Origin: Moniliella sp. 'wahieum'
Lineage: Eukaryota
Reading direction: 5' to 3'
NCBI GenBank assembly: GCA_003971905.1
Contig: RSEE01000071.1
Coordinates: forward strand, 124,001-188,000
Length of the DNA stretch: 64,000 bases
A program made the position numbers and the translations under genes. The notes under the pieces were generated by a model. That model ran no database searches, had not been told where the DNA came from, and saw nothing but the letters and a program-made list of their open reading frames with translations. Positions 42,719 to 53,966 of this stretch are shown here, one piece after another; positions within the stretch are counted from its first letter, which is position 1; each line of letters begins with the position of its first letter.

Positions 42719-43151
42719 GGATGGTGGTCAGCAGGCAGGCTGGTCGGCTCGTCCGCACGCCAGCCAGCCGAGCGGCTGCGGAGAAAGTCAGCGACGAAGC
42801 TGTCGGAGATGGGCCGGGGATAGCGGTTACAAGGGGGCTACTGGCGGCTGGCGGCTGGTTAGGCCGGCGACGAGAAGTGTCCGAATGCAATTTCAACCCG
42901 AACGGCTGGCCCCGAATTCAGGGAAGGCCCACGGCACGGCTGCGCGTTACCTAAGTGGCCGGGTTGAACATTGAAGACGGGAGAGGCAGGGCGCAGGCAA
43001 GCACTTAACTGGCCATTCCGCATTCGTCTCTGCCGTCGTCGGCAGGCCACCATCGCTACCACCCCACCCCCACCACCACCACCACCACCACCACCTTCAT
43101 CCGGCACCAGGAGGCTTTCGCGTGCTTTTTGCATCCCTATCCTTCTTCACC

Positions 43152-44155
43152 ATGTCCTGGCGCACTGCCCGGCTTCCGGCTGCATGCAGACCTGCGTTGT
43201 CGCACGCCCTTGCGCCCATGCCCCCTCGTCCGCCCTCCCCCGCTCCCCCGCGGCAGCCGCAGCATCCACATCCCCCAGCTCCCGCGCCCCAAGGGCAACA
43301 CCCCCGTACGTCTCCTGTCGCGCACCGCTCCCGTCCAGGCGAAGCGCCCACCACTCAAACTAACGCTCCCATCTTGCGGGGTGGCGACAGGCTATCCTAG
43401 TGTCGTCAGCTATTGGTCTGCTGGCCGGCGGCCTGCTCTTTGGCAAGCATATCAGCGACCAAAAAGCGCAAGAACAAGAACAGATCCGTACCCGCAAGGA
43501 AATGTCCAAGTCATCCTATGGTCGCCCTAGTCTTGGCGGCCCGTTTGAGCTGGTGCTGGCTACGGAAGATCCGCAGACAGGCAAGCCGATTGGGCGCAAG
43601 ATCACCCATCTGGACCTGTTGGGCAGGTTTTCCCTCATTTACTTTGGCTTTACCAACTGCCCTGATATTTGCCCTGAGGAGCTGGAGAAGATGTCTGCTG
43701 TGGTGAGCTCGGTCGAGAACCGGTTGGGTGAGGTGATTGAGCCTGTGTTCATCTCTTGTGACCCGTGGAGGGATACGATTGAGAAGACAGCTGCGTATGC
43801 TAAGGATTACCATCCCAAGTTGGGCCCTGACGGGTCACTGGGATGACATTAAAAATGTGTGCAAGGCCTATCGCGTCTACTTCTCCACCCCGCCAGTGCC
43901 GATCCCAACTCGGATTACCTCGTGGACCACTCCATCTTCTTTTACCTCATGGACCCGGAAGGCCGTTTCGTCGAAGTCTTCGGCCGCAATTCCGAGGTGG
44001 CCGAGACACGGGAGATTGTCCTGAAATATGTCAAGCAGTGGAAGGACGCAGGCTTGCCCCTGGCTAAGAGTGACGTGAAGGAAACGCTCATCGCGGACCG
44101 GGGTAGGAACGTCACCTCGCTCGATACACCATTTACCACTTTGCCTTCGGCATAG
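43152..44155 (+). CDS. SCO1: Cytochrome c oxidase copper chaperone Sco1 (frameshifted)
   Basis: LGGPFEL, YFGFTNCPDICPEELEKM (CxxxC), FISCDP, CKAYRVYFSTPP, DYLVDHSIFFYLMDPEG. Confidence 0.95.
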
Positions 44156-44239
44156 GCCTTTGCAAAAAAGAGAAAAGGCTTTGCCCAACCAAAAATACAT
44201 GCATCATCATTTGCACCATTCACCATTCACCATTTCCTC

Positions 44240-45015
44240 TCACTTCAGCTCCAGTACCCATGCACTCCGCGGCTCAATTCCCTCCTGGTAGTAGGTCGGG
44301 ATCTCGTTTGCCATGATGAAGCCATGGTGCTCGTAGAAGGTCCGCGCGTCCTGGTTACTGGTTTGCACGTTGAGGTATATGCTCTCGATCTTGAACTCCT
44401 TAGTGTCCTTGGCCTCCTTACTTCCTTAGCCTCTTTGGACTTGGGTGCCCCGTGCGGAAGAAGGGCGACGGTGGTCCCAGGCTTGGCGACCTCAAGCACA
44501 TTGCTCAGCAGCTTGCTCGCTAGACCAAGACGGCGGTACGGTGCAAGCACACCCAATGTCATGATGTACACCTTTACGCTCGTCTCGGACGTAACCTCGT
44601 AGCGACAGATCACGTTGCCGACGGGCAGGTCGTTGAAGTAGGCTGTGCTCAAGGTAGACCGTTAGACCGTTAGACCGTTAGACCGTTAGACCGTTAGACC
44701 GTTAGACCGGTAGACCAGGACGGGTAGGTCAGAACGAACGCATTCCCCAGAATCATCACTTAACATACCAATCTTGTTGAGACTGCGCACTTGCTGCCAG
44801 AGCGCTTCTTGATAGAAGCTGTCGGAATAGGCGACCGGGAAGAGGGCTGCATGGAGCATCTTGACCTGGCCAAGGTTGTTCGGGGTCATCTGGTCCAACA
44901 CCGTTTTGCGCGCAGCAACCAGCTCGCGGCGGACGGGTGCAGCAGACGCATTCGCCTTGCTCCTGCGCGCGGGGAACGACAAGGGAGGCAGCGGCGGTAG
45001 ATCAGCAACAGCCAT
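44240..45015 (-). CDS. NAA50: N-alpha-acetyltransferase 50 (Nat5/NatE); intron 44643-44768
   Basis: TPNNLGQVKMLHAALFPVAYSDSFY, AYFNDLPVG, YIMTLGVLAPYRRLGLAS, IYLNVQTSNQDARTFYEHHGF. Confidence 0.9.
44653..44716. repeat. (GTTAGACC)6 octamer repeat with flanking GGTAGACC units inside the NAA50 intron
   Basis: Six perfect units 44661-44708 plus two variant units. Confidence 0.95.
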
Positions 45016-45223
45016 GGCGCACGTAATGGTGGTGGTGCTGGCCGTGGCTGCTCTGGACTTGGGCCATGCAATGGGAAGTGCAAGTGGCACCGACGCATTC
45101 TCAAATCTCAGCCGCCATTCCGCGCCGCCGTTCCGCCTGCTCCACCGCCGCCCCGGCCGGGCGTAGGTACCATTAGGTAGAGGAGCGCCGGCGGGCGTCG
45201 GGGTGCTACCATCTCGCCTGCTG

Positions 45224-45695
45224 ATGAGTGGCGCCGACGTATCTGCCGTGTCTGCTGCCTCGCTTGCTGCCCCCCTCACGCCTGTGGCGGAGACCACGAC
45301 CAGCACACCCGCCGCAGCCGAGGAGAAGGGTAAGCTGGTCGAAGCCGGCTGCTGCCCCGCTCCTCCCCAATCCCTCGGCCTCCCTTGGCGCTTCGACGCT
45401 TCCCCAGGAAATTACCTCCCCCCACCAACTCACCGACTGGGTCGACGCAGCGCTCCATCGGCTCGAGTCCCAGTTTTCCACCCTCAATCGTCAATACGAG
45501 GCACGCTCACAAGAAATGTCCGACCGGATCGATGATTTGGAAAAGTCCATTACCAGTGCGTTCGTCCGGTGGCTGTCCTGCTTGGAAAAACATGTATCAA
45601 CACGTGCATCGCCTAACCCCTCACCCCTCACCCCTTTCTTCCCAGACTTGATCAATGGGGTTGCCACGACCAAGTCGGCAGAGGCATCCCCCTGA
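45224..45695 (+). CDS. HSBP1: Heat shock factor binding protein 1 family (in-frame 90-nt intron 45556-45645)
   Basis: [51 protein letters not shown] coiled-coil signature; GTGCGT...CCTAAC...CAG intron. Confidence 0.75.
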
Positions 45696-45894
45696 GCGGG
45701 CGGCTGCGACGGCATTATCGTTTTGTGGCAGGAGTTGGTGTATGGGCTGTTAATTGCGGCGCGCTCGCAACGTGTACTACTATTTCGTTCCTGAAAGCAC
45801 GACGGAAGGGGAAGACATATGGCATGACGAGGGGATGAAGGTGGGGAGGCGGCGAAAATGGAAGCAACAAGGAGAACATGGGACCAGAAGCCAG

Positions 45895-47409
45895 TTACTT
45901 CTTCGCCGGCTTCTTCGCTGGCAGCTGGCGCGTGTAGGGGAGGAACGTCTGGCCGCCCATGTAGGGCTGCAGTACCTTGGGCACATTGAGTCCCTCGTAG
46001 TCTGGTAGTTCTCCACGATGCAGCACAGCGCGCGCTCGGTTGCACACAGCGTTCCGTTGAGCATGTGGCAATACACTTTCTTCCCATCGTTCTTTTGATC
46101 CCGCACCGCACCTCGAGCTCACGCGACTGGTAATCCGTGCAGTTGGAACACGAGACGAGCTCCTTGTACTCCTTCTGGAATGGGAACCAGGCCTCGAGAT
46201 CAAACTTGGTCGCCGCAGCGTTGTTCAGCGCACCCGTCACGATCGCCACGACGCGGTAGGGAATGCCCAAGCTCTCGTAGAACGCACGCGAGTTGCTCAG
46301 CATGTGCGCCAACATCGCTCGCGACTGGTCCGGCTCGGTAATGCAAAACTGTTCAATCTTCTCAAACTGGTGCACACGGAACAGACCCCACATGTCCTTC
46401 CCGTGCGAACCGGCCTCTTTGCGGAAACAAGTCGAGTAGCCAGCGTACATCTTTGGTAGCTGCTCTGCCGGCTTGTCGAACCACTCGCCCGCATGGAAGG
46501 CCGAGATGGGCTGCTCAGAAGTAGCAATCAAGTACTTGTCCACCTCGTCCCCTTCGCGGATCCCATACAGAAACTCGTCAAATTCCTCCAGCTGAGCCGT
46601 CTTGGCCATCAACTCCTTTTTCATAAAAATGGCGTTTGCACTTTTTTGAACTTGGCTACTTTCCCCTCAGCCCCCTCCTTGGCCGTCTTGCGGAACTCAC
46701 GCGTCTTGAGAAAATCAAGCGCATACGAAATCAAGGCTTGGTTCAGGTCCACTCCGTCCCCAGTCAAGAAGTACCCACGGTGGCCCACCACCTTGACGCC
46801 GCGCTCCGAGTCAAACATCTCGAGGCGGTACATGACCTCGTCGTGGGAGAGAATGTCGCTAGTGCCTCGTCAGCCATGTGCGCTGGCACAGCGCATAGGA
46901 CCAGCCAACAAGGAGGCGGAGGGGGGGGGGGGGGGCAGGGGATACGATAATACGACGTACGTTTTCATTTCCGGGTTGCCATAGGTAGCAACGATAAGGT
47001 TGTTGTCTTCGGTGTCTGACGAGGGAACCTTCCTCTCCTCTGGATGGGCAGGGTCGACCAGCGGACCAATCTCATCATCTACCAAGTTACCAATCTTGCG
47101 CGCCTCTTTGCGCACCGCATCTTCCGCCTGGGCCACCTTGGGCTTAGCGGCAGCCACCTGAGCATCCAGCTCCTTCTTCCTGTTCAACTCCTCGTCGGCA
47201 GACTGCTTGGCCTTGCGCTTGGCAGTAATCTGCTTCTGCGTCGCATTGACCTCCTTTTGCAGCGCGTTGAGCTCAAATTGCGCCCGGTCCAGTCCTTGTA
47301 CAATGCCAGCGTACGGTCGACAAGCGTCGGATCGGCGTACCGCTTCGCGCTGCGAGGACCGCACAAGTCGGATCCCGTCCTCGTCCTTGAGCAGGTTGAT
47401 GTCGATCAT
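45895..47409 (-). CDS. SES1: Cytosolic seryl-tRNA synthetase (intron 46859-46960; indels)
   Basis: [98 protein letters not shown]. Confidence 0.96.
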
Positions 47410-49038
47410 ACTGCGATCCAAGTGAGGCCAGTGAAGCTAGTGAGTACTGCGTGGTGGATAGGGCCTAGTTAGTGGTGGGCAGACGAACCGCACCAGCGCT
47501 TGCTCGCCCCGCCGCCGCGCTGGCGTCTGCGGCGCTCGACACGCACCCAGCCTACGCCGTACAGCCTGCAGCCTGCGGGTCGCCTCCTCAGGCGTTTTTG
47601 GCCAGGCGGAATTGCCTCGCTTCTTCTTGGCCGCCGCACGACCGAGTCACAAGTCACGTGCCCCCGCCAGTCACCTGACCTGGTCTGCCTGGGTTGTCAA
47701 ACGTCAAGCGTCAAGCTTCAGCTTCATATCGCAGGTCCCTTTGCTTCTCGACCATCCCGTTGCCACTCTTACCCCTCTTTGTCCCTGCCACCTTCTTCCT
47801 CCATCCTCGACTTCACACGCTTCATCGCATTTACCATTACCAATGCACGTTTCGCTGGGCAAGCCGCACGTACCTTCAGGTAGCGCTCGCCCTTCAGCTT
47901 GGCCCTCCTTCTCCCCTGCCTAGCATACCGGGGGCCCGTTCCACCCCTTTCAGCGGCCCGTCCCATCATGGCATTGAAGATGCTCTCTGCCTCGGCCTGA
48001 TAACGCCATCCATTTCGGCTCGCTTGCGCTTGACCACCCTTGTGGGCCCGATGATCGACATGATCATGTTGAAGCCGTGGGCTTACTAGTTACTTGTGGT
48101 CTACTGCACCCGCTGGGCGTTCGATGGCTGGGCTATGATTATAGGATAGGATTTGGGCTCCGATGTGGGCGCTCTATGTTGGGGCAATTTGTACCTGCTG
48201 TGATCGCGTCTGCTCCTACTTGTGGGTCTCCCTTGTGGGTCTCCCTTGCAACGATGATGAGCCGGGGATGGCACACCAGTCAATGGGATGGCCCCGAAAG
48301 AGATGGAACGAGTAAGATTGAGGGTGGGTTGTTTGGAATACAGTTAGAGAAGCAGCGGATGTGCGTGCCCCCGTGGGTGTGGTCTTGGCGATCGGCACGA
48401 AGCCTTTCGGGGGGGAGTGGAAGGGGTGATGGGTGAACGCGTGGCCGGGGTGGGGAGAGGGACTGGAGTGGAGAGGGTGAGTGCCGAGTTGGGACGTGTC
48501 GATCCTTGCCAGTCACACTACATCACATGTCACTGTGCTCGCGTAAGCACAGCGCCTAACCAGCACCCGGGACAGAACCAGGAGCCCTGCGTAGCTCAGG
48601 CGCTCAGCCTCAGCGCTCCGCCTCCGCTCCCAGACGAACGGCATCGTTCGAGGAATGGAGCAGCGGCGTGCTCTGCACGGGGGCAGTGCAGGCGGTGTGC
48701 GCTGCAGTGCCTGCCTGGGCACGGCTGATCAGCACGGCACAGGGCCAGTCTGGGAGGCGGCGATCGCTGCCCCAGCGCTGTTCGGTCACCGCTGATGGGT
48801 GACTCGCCAGCCGAGCGCCGAGCGCCGATCATCACGCATCACCCATGGGTGGCAGGCAGCGGGCAGGCACGGGCCGGGTGTGTCTGGCGCGCCGGGCGGC
48901 GGGTGCGCGGGGGCAGTGCGTGCGGAATGCTCGCCTCGCGTCCGCTGCCCAGCTGGGCTGCCTCGGCACATCCCAGCTGGCCATCCTCCCTCTCCCGTGC
49001 GCTGCTTCTCCTCCACCGCCTCCGCCGTCCTCCTCGCC

Positions 49039-50814
49039 ATGGCTGCCGTCGCCCCCGCCCCCGACCCCGACCCCCACGCGCTCGCCTCCCCCTCCCTCTA
49101 CTTTAGCCCCCCGCCCACACCCCACCATGCGCCGCCCAGCCCCTACGGTGTCTACTCGCCCGGCGGCCTCCTTGCCCTCCCGGGCCCTGCTCCCTCCTCC
49201 GCCCCTGGCCCGGTCCTCTACCCCCTCCAACTGCCCCTCCTCCCCGCGCCCCCTCCCCCGCTCGCCTCCCGCACCGTCTACCTCGGCAACCTGCCCGCCG
49301 ATGCGTCCGTCGACGAGCTTCTCGACCTCGTCCGCCACGGGCCCATTGAGAGTGTCCGTGTCGTGCCTGCCAACAGTGCGCCTTTGTTAGCTTCCTCAAC
49401 CCACTCACTGCCGCCGCCTTCCACGCCGACGCCACCTGCGCACGGCCCTTGCGCTTCACGCCACCCCGCTCCGCGTGGGCTGGGGCCGTCCCATGCCGCT
49501 CTCCCCCGCCGTCGCTACCGCCGTCGCCACTCGCGCCGCCACGCGCAACATATACATTGGCAATCTCGACCCTGCCTTTGTAACCCGTCCCACTGCCGAG
49601 GCTGAGCTACGCGATCGCCTGTCCAGTCTCGGCCCGATTGACCAGGTCAAAGTCGTCCGCGACCGTCGCATTGCCTTTGTCCACTTTCTCTCCATCGCCA
49701 CTGCCCTGGCCGCTGTCACCACCCTGTCCTCCGACCCGGAATGGAAAGAGCAGCGGATCAATTTCGGACGCGATCGTTGTGCCCATGTGCCGCGCGCGCA
49801 GCAAAACAACCAAGCACACAACCATCGTTCCGCCATGGCCGCCGCCGCCCGTTGGTGCCGCCTTGGCGCAGCAGGACGCACATAACCTCCCCTTTGGACC
49901 CGAACCGAGCCAGCTCGGTAACCGCACCGTCTACCTAGGCAACATTCACCCCGATACCTCCACCGAGGAATTGTGCAATCACATTCGCAGTGGTATCCTC
50001 CAGTCCATTCGCTACTTGCCGATAAACATATTGCGTTCGTTACCTTTGTCGACCCGAATGCAGCCTATGCCTTCCTCGCTTCTGCGTCCCAGTCCCCGTC
50101 CCAGGGCCAGGGCCAGTCGCAAGGCCAACCCCCCGATGGACGCGGGGGTGGCCTGACCATCCACTCGCGTCGGATCAAGGTCGGTTGGGGACGAGCTTCG
50201 GGCCCCGTGCCGCCGGCACTGGCCATGGCTGTCCAAGCGGGTGGATCGAGGAATGTATATGTGGGCAACTTGGACCACCCGGTCCACCCCATCACAGAGG
50301 ATAAGTTGCGTGCCGACTTTTCCGTCTTTGGTGAGATTGAACAGATTAACCGCTTGCCCGAAAAGAATTGTGTACGTTTACTTTGTCCTTTCTTGCTTGG
50401 TTCCAATTGGCGGTGTCACCTGAGCGTCGGCTTTGTCCTGCTTTGTCCTGCTTGGCCCTGCTTGGCCCCTGGTTTTGCTCGTATCATGCTAACCCCCCTC
50501 ACTCTTTGTAGGCCTTTATCAACTTTTGCAGTCTGCACAACGCCATCCGTGCCATTGCAGAGATGAAGGATCACCCGGACTACCAACATGCGCGCATTGC
50601 GTATGGCAAAGACCGGTGTGGCAACCCGCCCCGCTTGGCCCTCCCACTTTCCACCCCGCCTTCGCCTCCCCCGCAGGCGGAAACCAAGCACCGCGAACCA
50701 CCCACCCTGCTATCCTCTTGCCCTCGCCCCTCATCCGCCACGGTCACCAAGAGCCAGAGACTTTGCCTACTCCATGATCTAACTTGGCTCCCCCGTATCA
50801 CCTCGTGCACCTAG
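49039..50814 (+). CDS. Four-RRM RNA-binding protein, S. pombe Nrd1/Msa2 - S. cerevisiae Mrn1 family (intron about 50372-50511)
   Basis: [88 protein letters not shown]. Confidence 0.85.
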
Positions 50815-52268
50815 CTTAGGCATTTCATCTTCGTGTTGGTGTTGGTGCTGGTGCTCGTGTTTGTGTGTGTGTGTTCGTGTTCCTGCTCGTGTTTGTGTTC
50901 GTGTTTGTGATTGTGTTTGTCGTCGTCGTTTGTACTTCCGTTATCGATTATCGTCGGTCGTGTTTGGTTGGCATACTTTGTTTGTCCCCAGCCTGGAATT
51001 GTGCTTTTCTTCCTCAATGCCGATTCCACTCTCACATTCGTTTACATTCGTTTCCCCTACGCCCTACGCCCCTCCGCGCCGACTTGTCGTGTCGTGTCGT
51101 GTCGTATCTCTCTTGTATGGTTTCGTCGGGCTCTCGTCGGGGTTTCGTCGAGATGGCGAGATATCGAGGTTCGAGGTATATAATGTACCGCACGTATCCT
51201 TCCGTAGACCTTTGTTCACCCTACTCCGACCCCCCCTCTCCTTGGTTCGGGTATGAGAGCCTGCACTTGGGGAAGAGGATGAGATCTGAGATCTGAGAGC
51301 AGGTCCTCACCGTCAAGCTTCAACCGTCCAGCTTCAAGCTTCAAACTTCAAGCTGCGAGAGGTGGGCTTCCGGGGTGAAACCAACGCTGAGCGCTGAACG
51401 TCCATCTCCCTTTGTCTTGACACAGCAACGGATCCAGATCCAGATCCAGATCCAGATTCCTATACGCCACCGATACCGATCTTCGATCCGACCACCATCG
51501 TAACGCGTACACGCAGACAGGCAAACCGACGGAGAGGAAAGCGAGAGGAACTTTGCGAGGGAATAATCGCCCTGGAAACGAGGCAGAGGCAGAGGGGGGG
51601 GGGGGTCACTCAACAGATGTAGGAGCAAGAAGCAACAAGGAAGGAGCGAGGCGGGAGTACTACTTACAGGTCCATCGACCGTTGAATATCATGGACCTAA
51701 GCCTCGTCCGTCCGTGGACGCTAGGGGCTCATGTCGATTTCCATCGCCACTGTATCCGCACCTAGCAGGGCTAGGATGCCTCAGGGCGCAGAGCACGTGC
51801 AGCGCTTGGCTGCTGTCCATTCCGCCTCCTGCCTTCCGCCTCCCCGCCTTCCGCCTTGGGGCTCCTTCCGCTCCGGCCAGCAGAGCCATTCGGAACCACA
51901 CTGGCGCATGAACATTTCACTCTGGCGCCAAAATTTTCCCCCTGCGAGCCGGCCGACTTGACGTCCACAGCGGGCATCGAGAGCGTGCGTGGCCGCCGTT
52001 GCTCCTCCCTCCGACCGGCCCCGCCTCGGCACACCCCCCCCACCACCGCCATGGCACCACCACCGCCATCACCACCCGCCACCACGACCCCAAGCACAAC
52101 CACAACCCCATCCCCCCCCCGCCCCCCCTCACCAACCGCCACAAACACATCCCCACCGACACGCATCCGCAGGCACTCCCCTCCGCTCCGTTGCGTGTCC
52201 TCCCCTCCACTAACCTCGCCCCCCGCCCCCACAGCCAATGTACAAAACGCCCTCTGAGACTGGGCTTT

Positions 52269-53716
52269 ATGGTGGCCACGATTGAAGACACGCTTGCGCG
52301 TGCCGTGCTACCTGGCGCAGTGCACGATGCACGCACCGCCCCGGCCACCTCGGCCCAACTCCGCCAGGATACCCTCTCGCTCGTCGCTAGCATCAAGAAG
52401 GCCACCACCTCCTTCTCCCTCGCCATCCGTCCCGAGGCAAAGGGCGGCACCGTCGCCCCCGATACGAACTCGAACTCGAACTCCAATTCCAACTCGGGCT
52501 CGGACTCGGACTCAGGTCCACTGGCCGGTCTCAGCACTTCGTCCCTCGCGGCGGCGCAGCAGCAACTCCACCTGATCACCATGGACTTTCTTCCGAAACT
52601 GTGTTTGTAGCGCAAAAGGCGCGTGCGGATGGTCAGGCGTGGCGTCGGGGCCGGGTACCGCTGGGCCCAGATCCTGGCCCAGGCCGTGGAAGCGATCACG
52701 TCCGCCTTGGATCGTTGTGGAAGCCGCGATGGATACAGGTGCAAGCAGGTCCTGGAAGTCACGGCGGCCAAGCGCGAAGCACGCACGGTCAGGCACGTTG
52801 TTCCGGCTTTGCAAGGCCCTGAGGGGAGAGAAGTGGTGTTGCGTGCGACAGGCGCTGTGTGGGCCGCGTGCGATAGCGCTCACAACCTCCCTGAGGACGC
52901 TCGTGGTGTGCTCACCTTACTCTTGCACCGCCAGCAGGAGGTCGTGCGCGATCGTTGGAGGAACTTCGTGAAGGGATCGACGAGGAGAGCATCCGGACAG
53001 CGACGATGAGGAAGAAGATGAAGAAGATGATAAAGGCCATGGAGAAGGTGAAAGGAGGAGGACGGTGTCCCGGGTCAAGCTGTCTCCAGCAAGACCCAGG
53101 CTGAAATGGACCAGGATGAGCTGGATGCTCTGATGGGTGGAACGGAGGAGGGACTGGAAACAGAACGGCTGCCCTTGGCCAAACGCTCCCTTTCGCTCTT
53201 GGAGCAGTGCGATGCATTCCTCACCCTCTACGGTAAGGCCCTGCGGGTAACCCCAAGCTTGTCGGGTGCAGCTGTGGATGAGGCGGCAGCGGCTCTGGAT
53301 GAGGTCGCAGCCAAGGTGGACGATGCGATTGATGCCATCCTACGAGGCACACAGGCCCTGGGACAGGCGCACGCCTACCGCGGAAGCGGAACGGCTGATC
53401 GCCCAGCTGGGCGGCATCACCATTTCCGGTGCCAGCTCGCGCAGGCTCGGAGGGTGCGGCGACACACGTGCTTGAGGGGGAAGAAGAGGAGGAGGCGGAC
53501 AACGACGAGGAGGAAGATGAGACGAGGACGAGGACGAAGACGAGGAGGGACCGCTGCTCGTGTCCATACGGGGGGACCTGGGGGCGTCTGCGCGGCGCTC
53601 GCAGCGGCTGCCCATGCTGGCGGGGGACCAAGGGCGCGGCGCGGATGGACAGGGAGGCTGCGGACCTGTCGGGCGCGCTGCAGGCCATGGTGGCCGACGG
53701 GCTGTTGGGCGCCTGA
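52269..53716 (+). CDS. GCIP/CCNDBP1-like helical protein (frameshifted)
   Basis: KATTSFSLA, LRATGAVWAACD, VVRD(A)LEEL, acidic linker, VAAKVDDAI fit the Grap2/cyclin-D-interacting family pattern. Confidence 0.55.
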
Positions 53717-53804
53717 ACGCGACATGGAGGACTGCCATGCACATGTGGGTTCTGGTACTCGGGCAGCGCTGATAGATGGACAGGCAGGAGCATGGCAGGT
53801 GCGA

Positions 53805-53891
53805 GTCACGTGCAGCCCAGGGCGGTGTGGCGCGTCACGTGCGTCACGTGGCCTGCGGGTGATGTGGAGGGTGATGGGATGTGCCACGTCG
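53805..53891 (+). promoter_or_regulatory. Cluster of ACGT-core elements upstream of PMT1 (3x GTCACGTG plus TGCCACGTCG)
   Basis: GTCACGTG at 53805, 53834 and 53843; TGCCACGTCG at 53882-53891, about 75 bp before the ATG at 53967. Confidence 0.45.
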
Positions 53892-53966
53892 CCTGCTGCG
53901 AGCGCAGTGGGCCTCCTTCTCGGTCTGGGCGCCGCCACCTCGCTCCGCTGCTCCACCTGCGCCGGC

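Noticed and set aside
44240..45015. N-acetyltransferase as a marker of the smut b mating-type locus
   Set aside because: This is the Naa50 catalytic subunit, not Nat1; no homeodomain, pheromone or receptor genes were recognised in the window.
47769..48070. Basic minus-strand ORF fragment upstream of SES1
   Set aside because: No family motif or clear start context; could be chance in GC-rich DNA.
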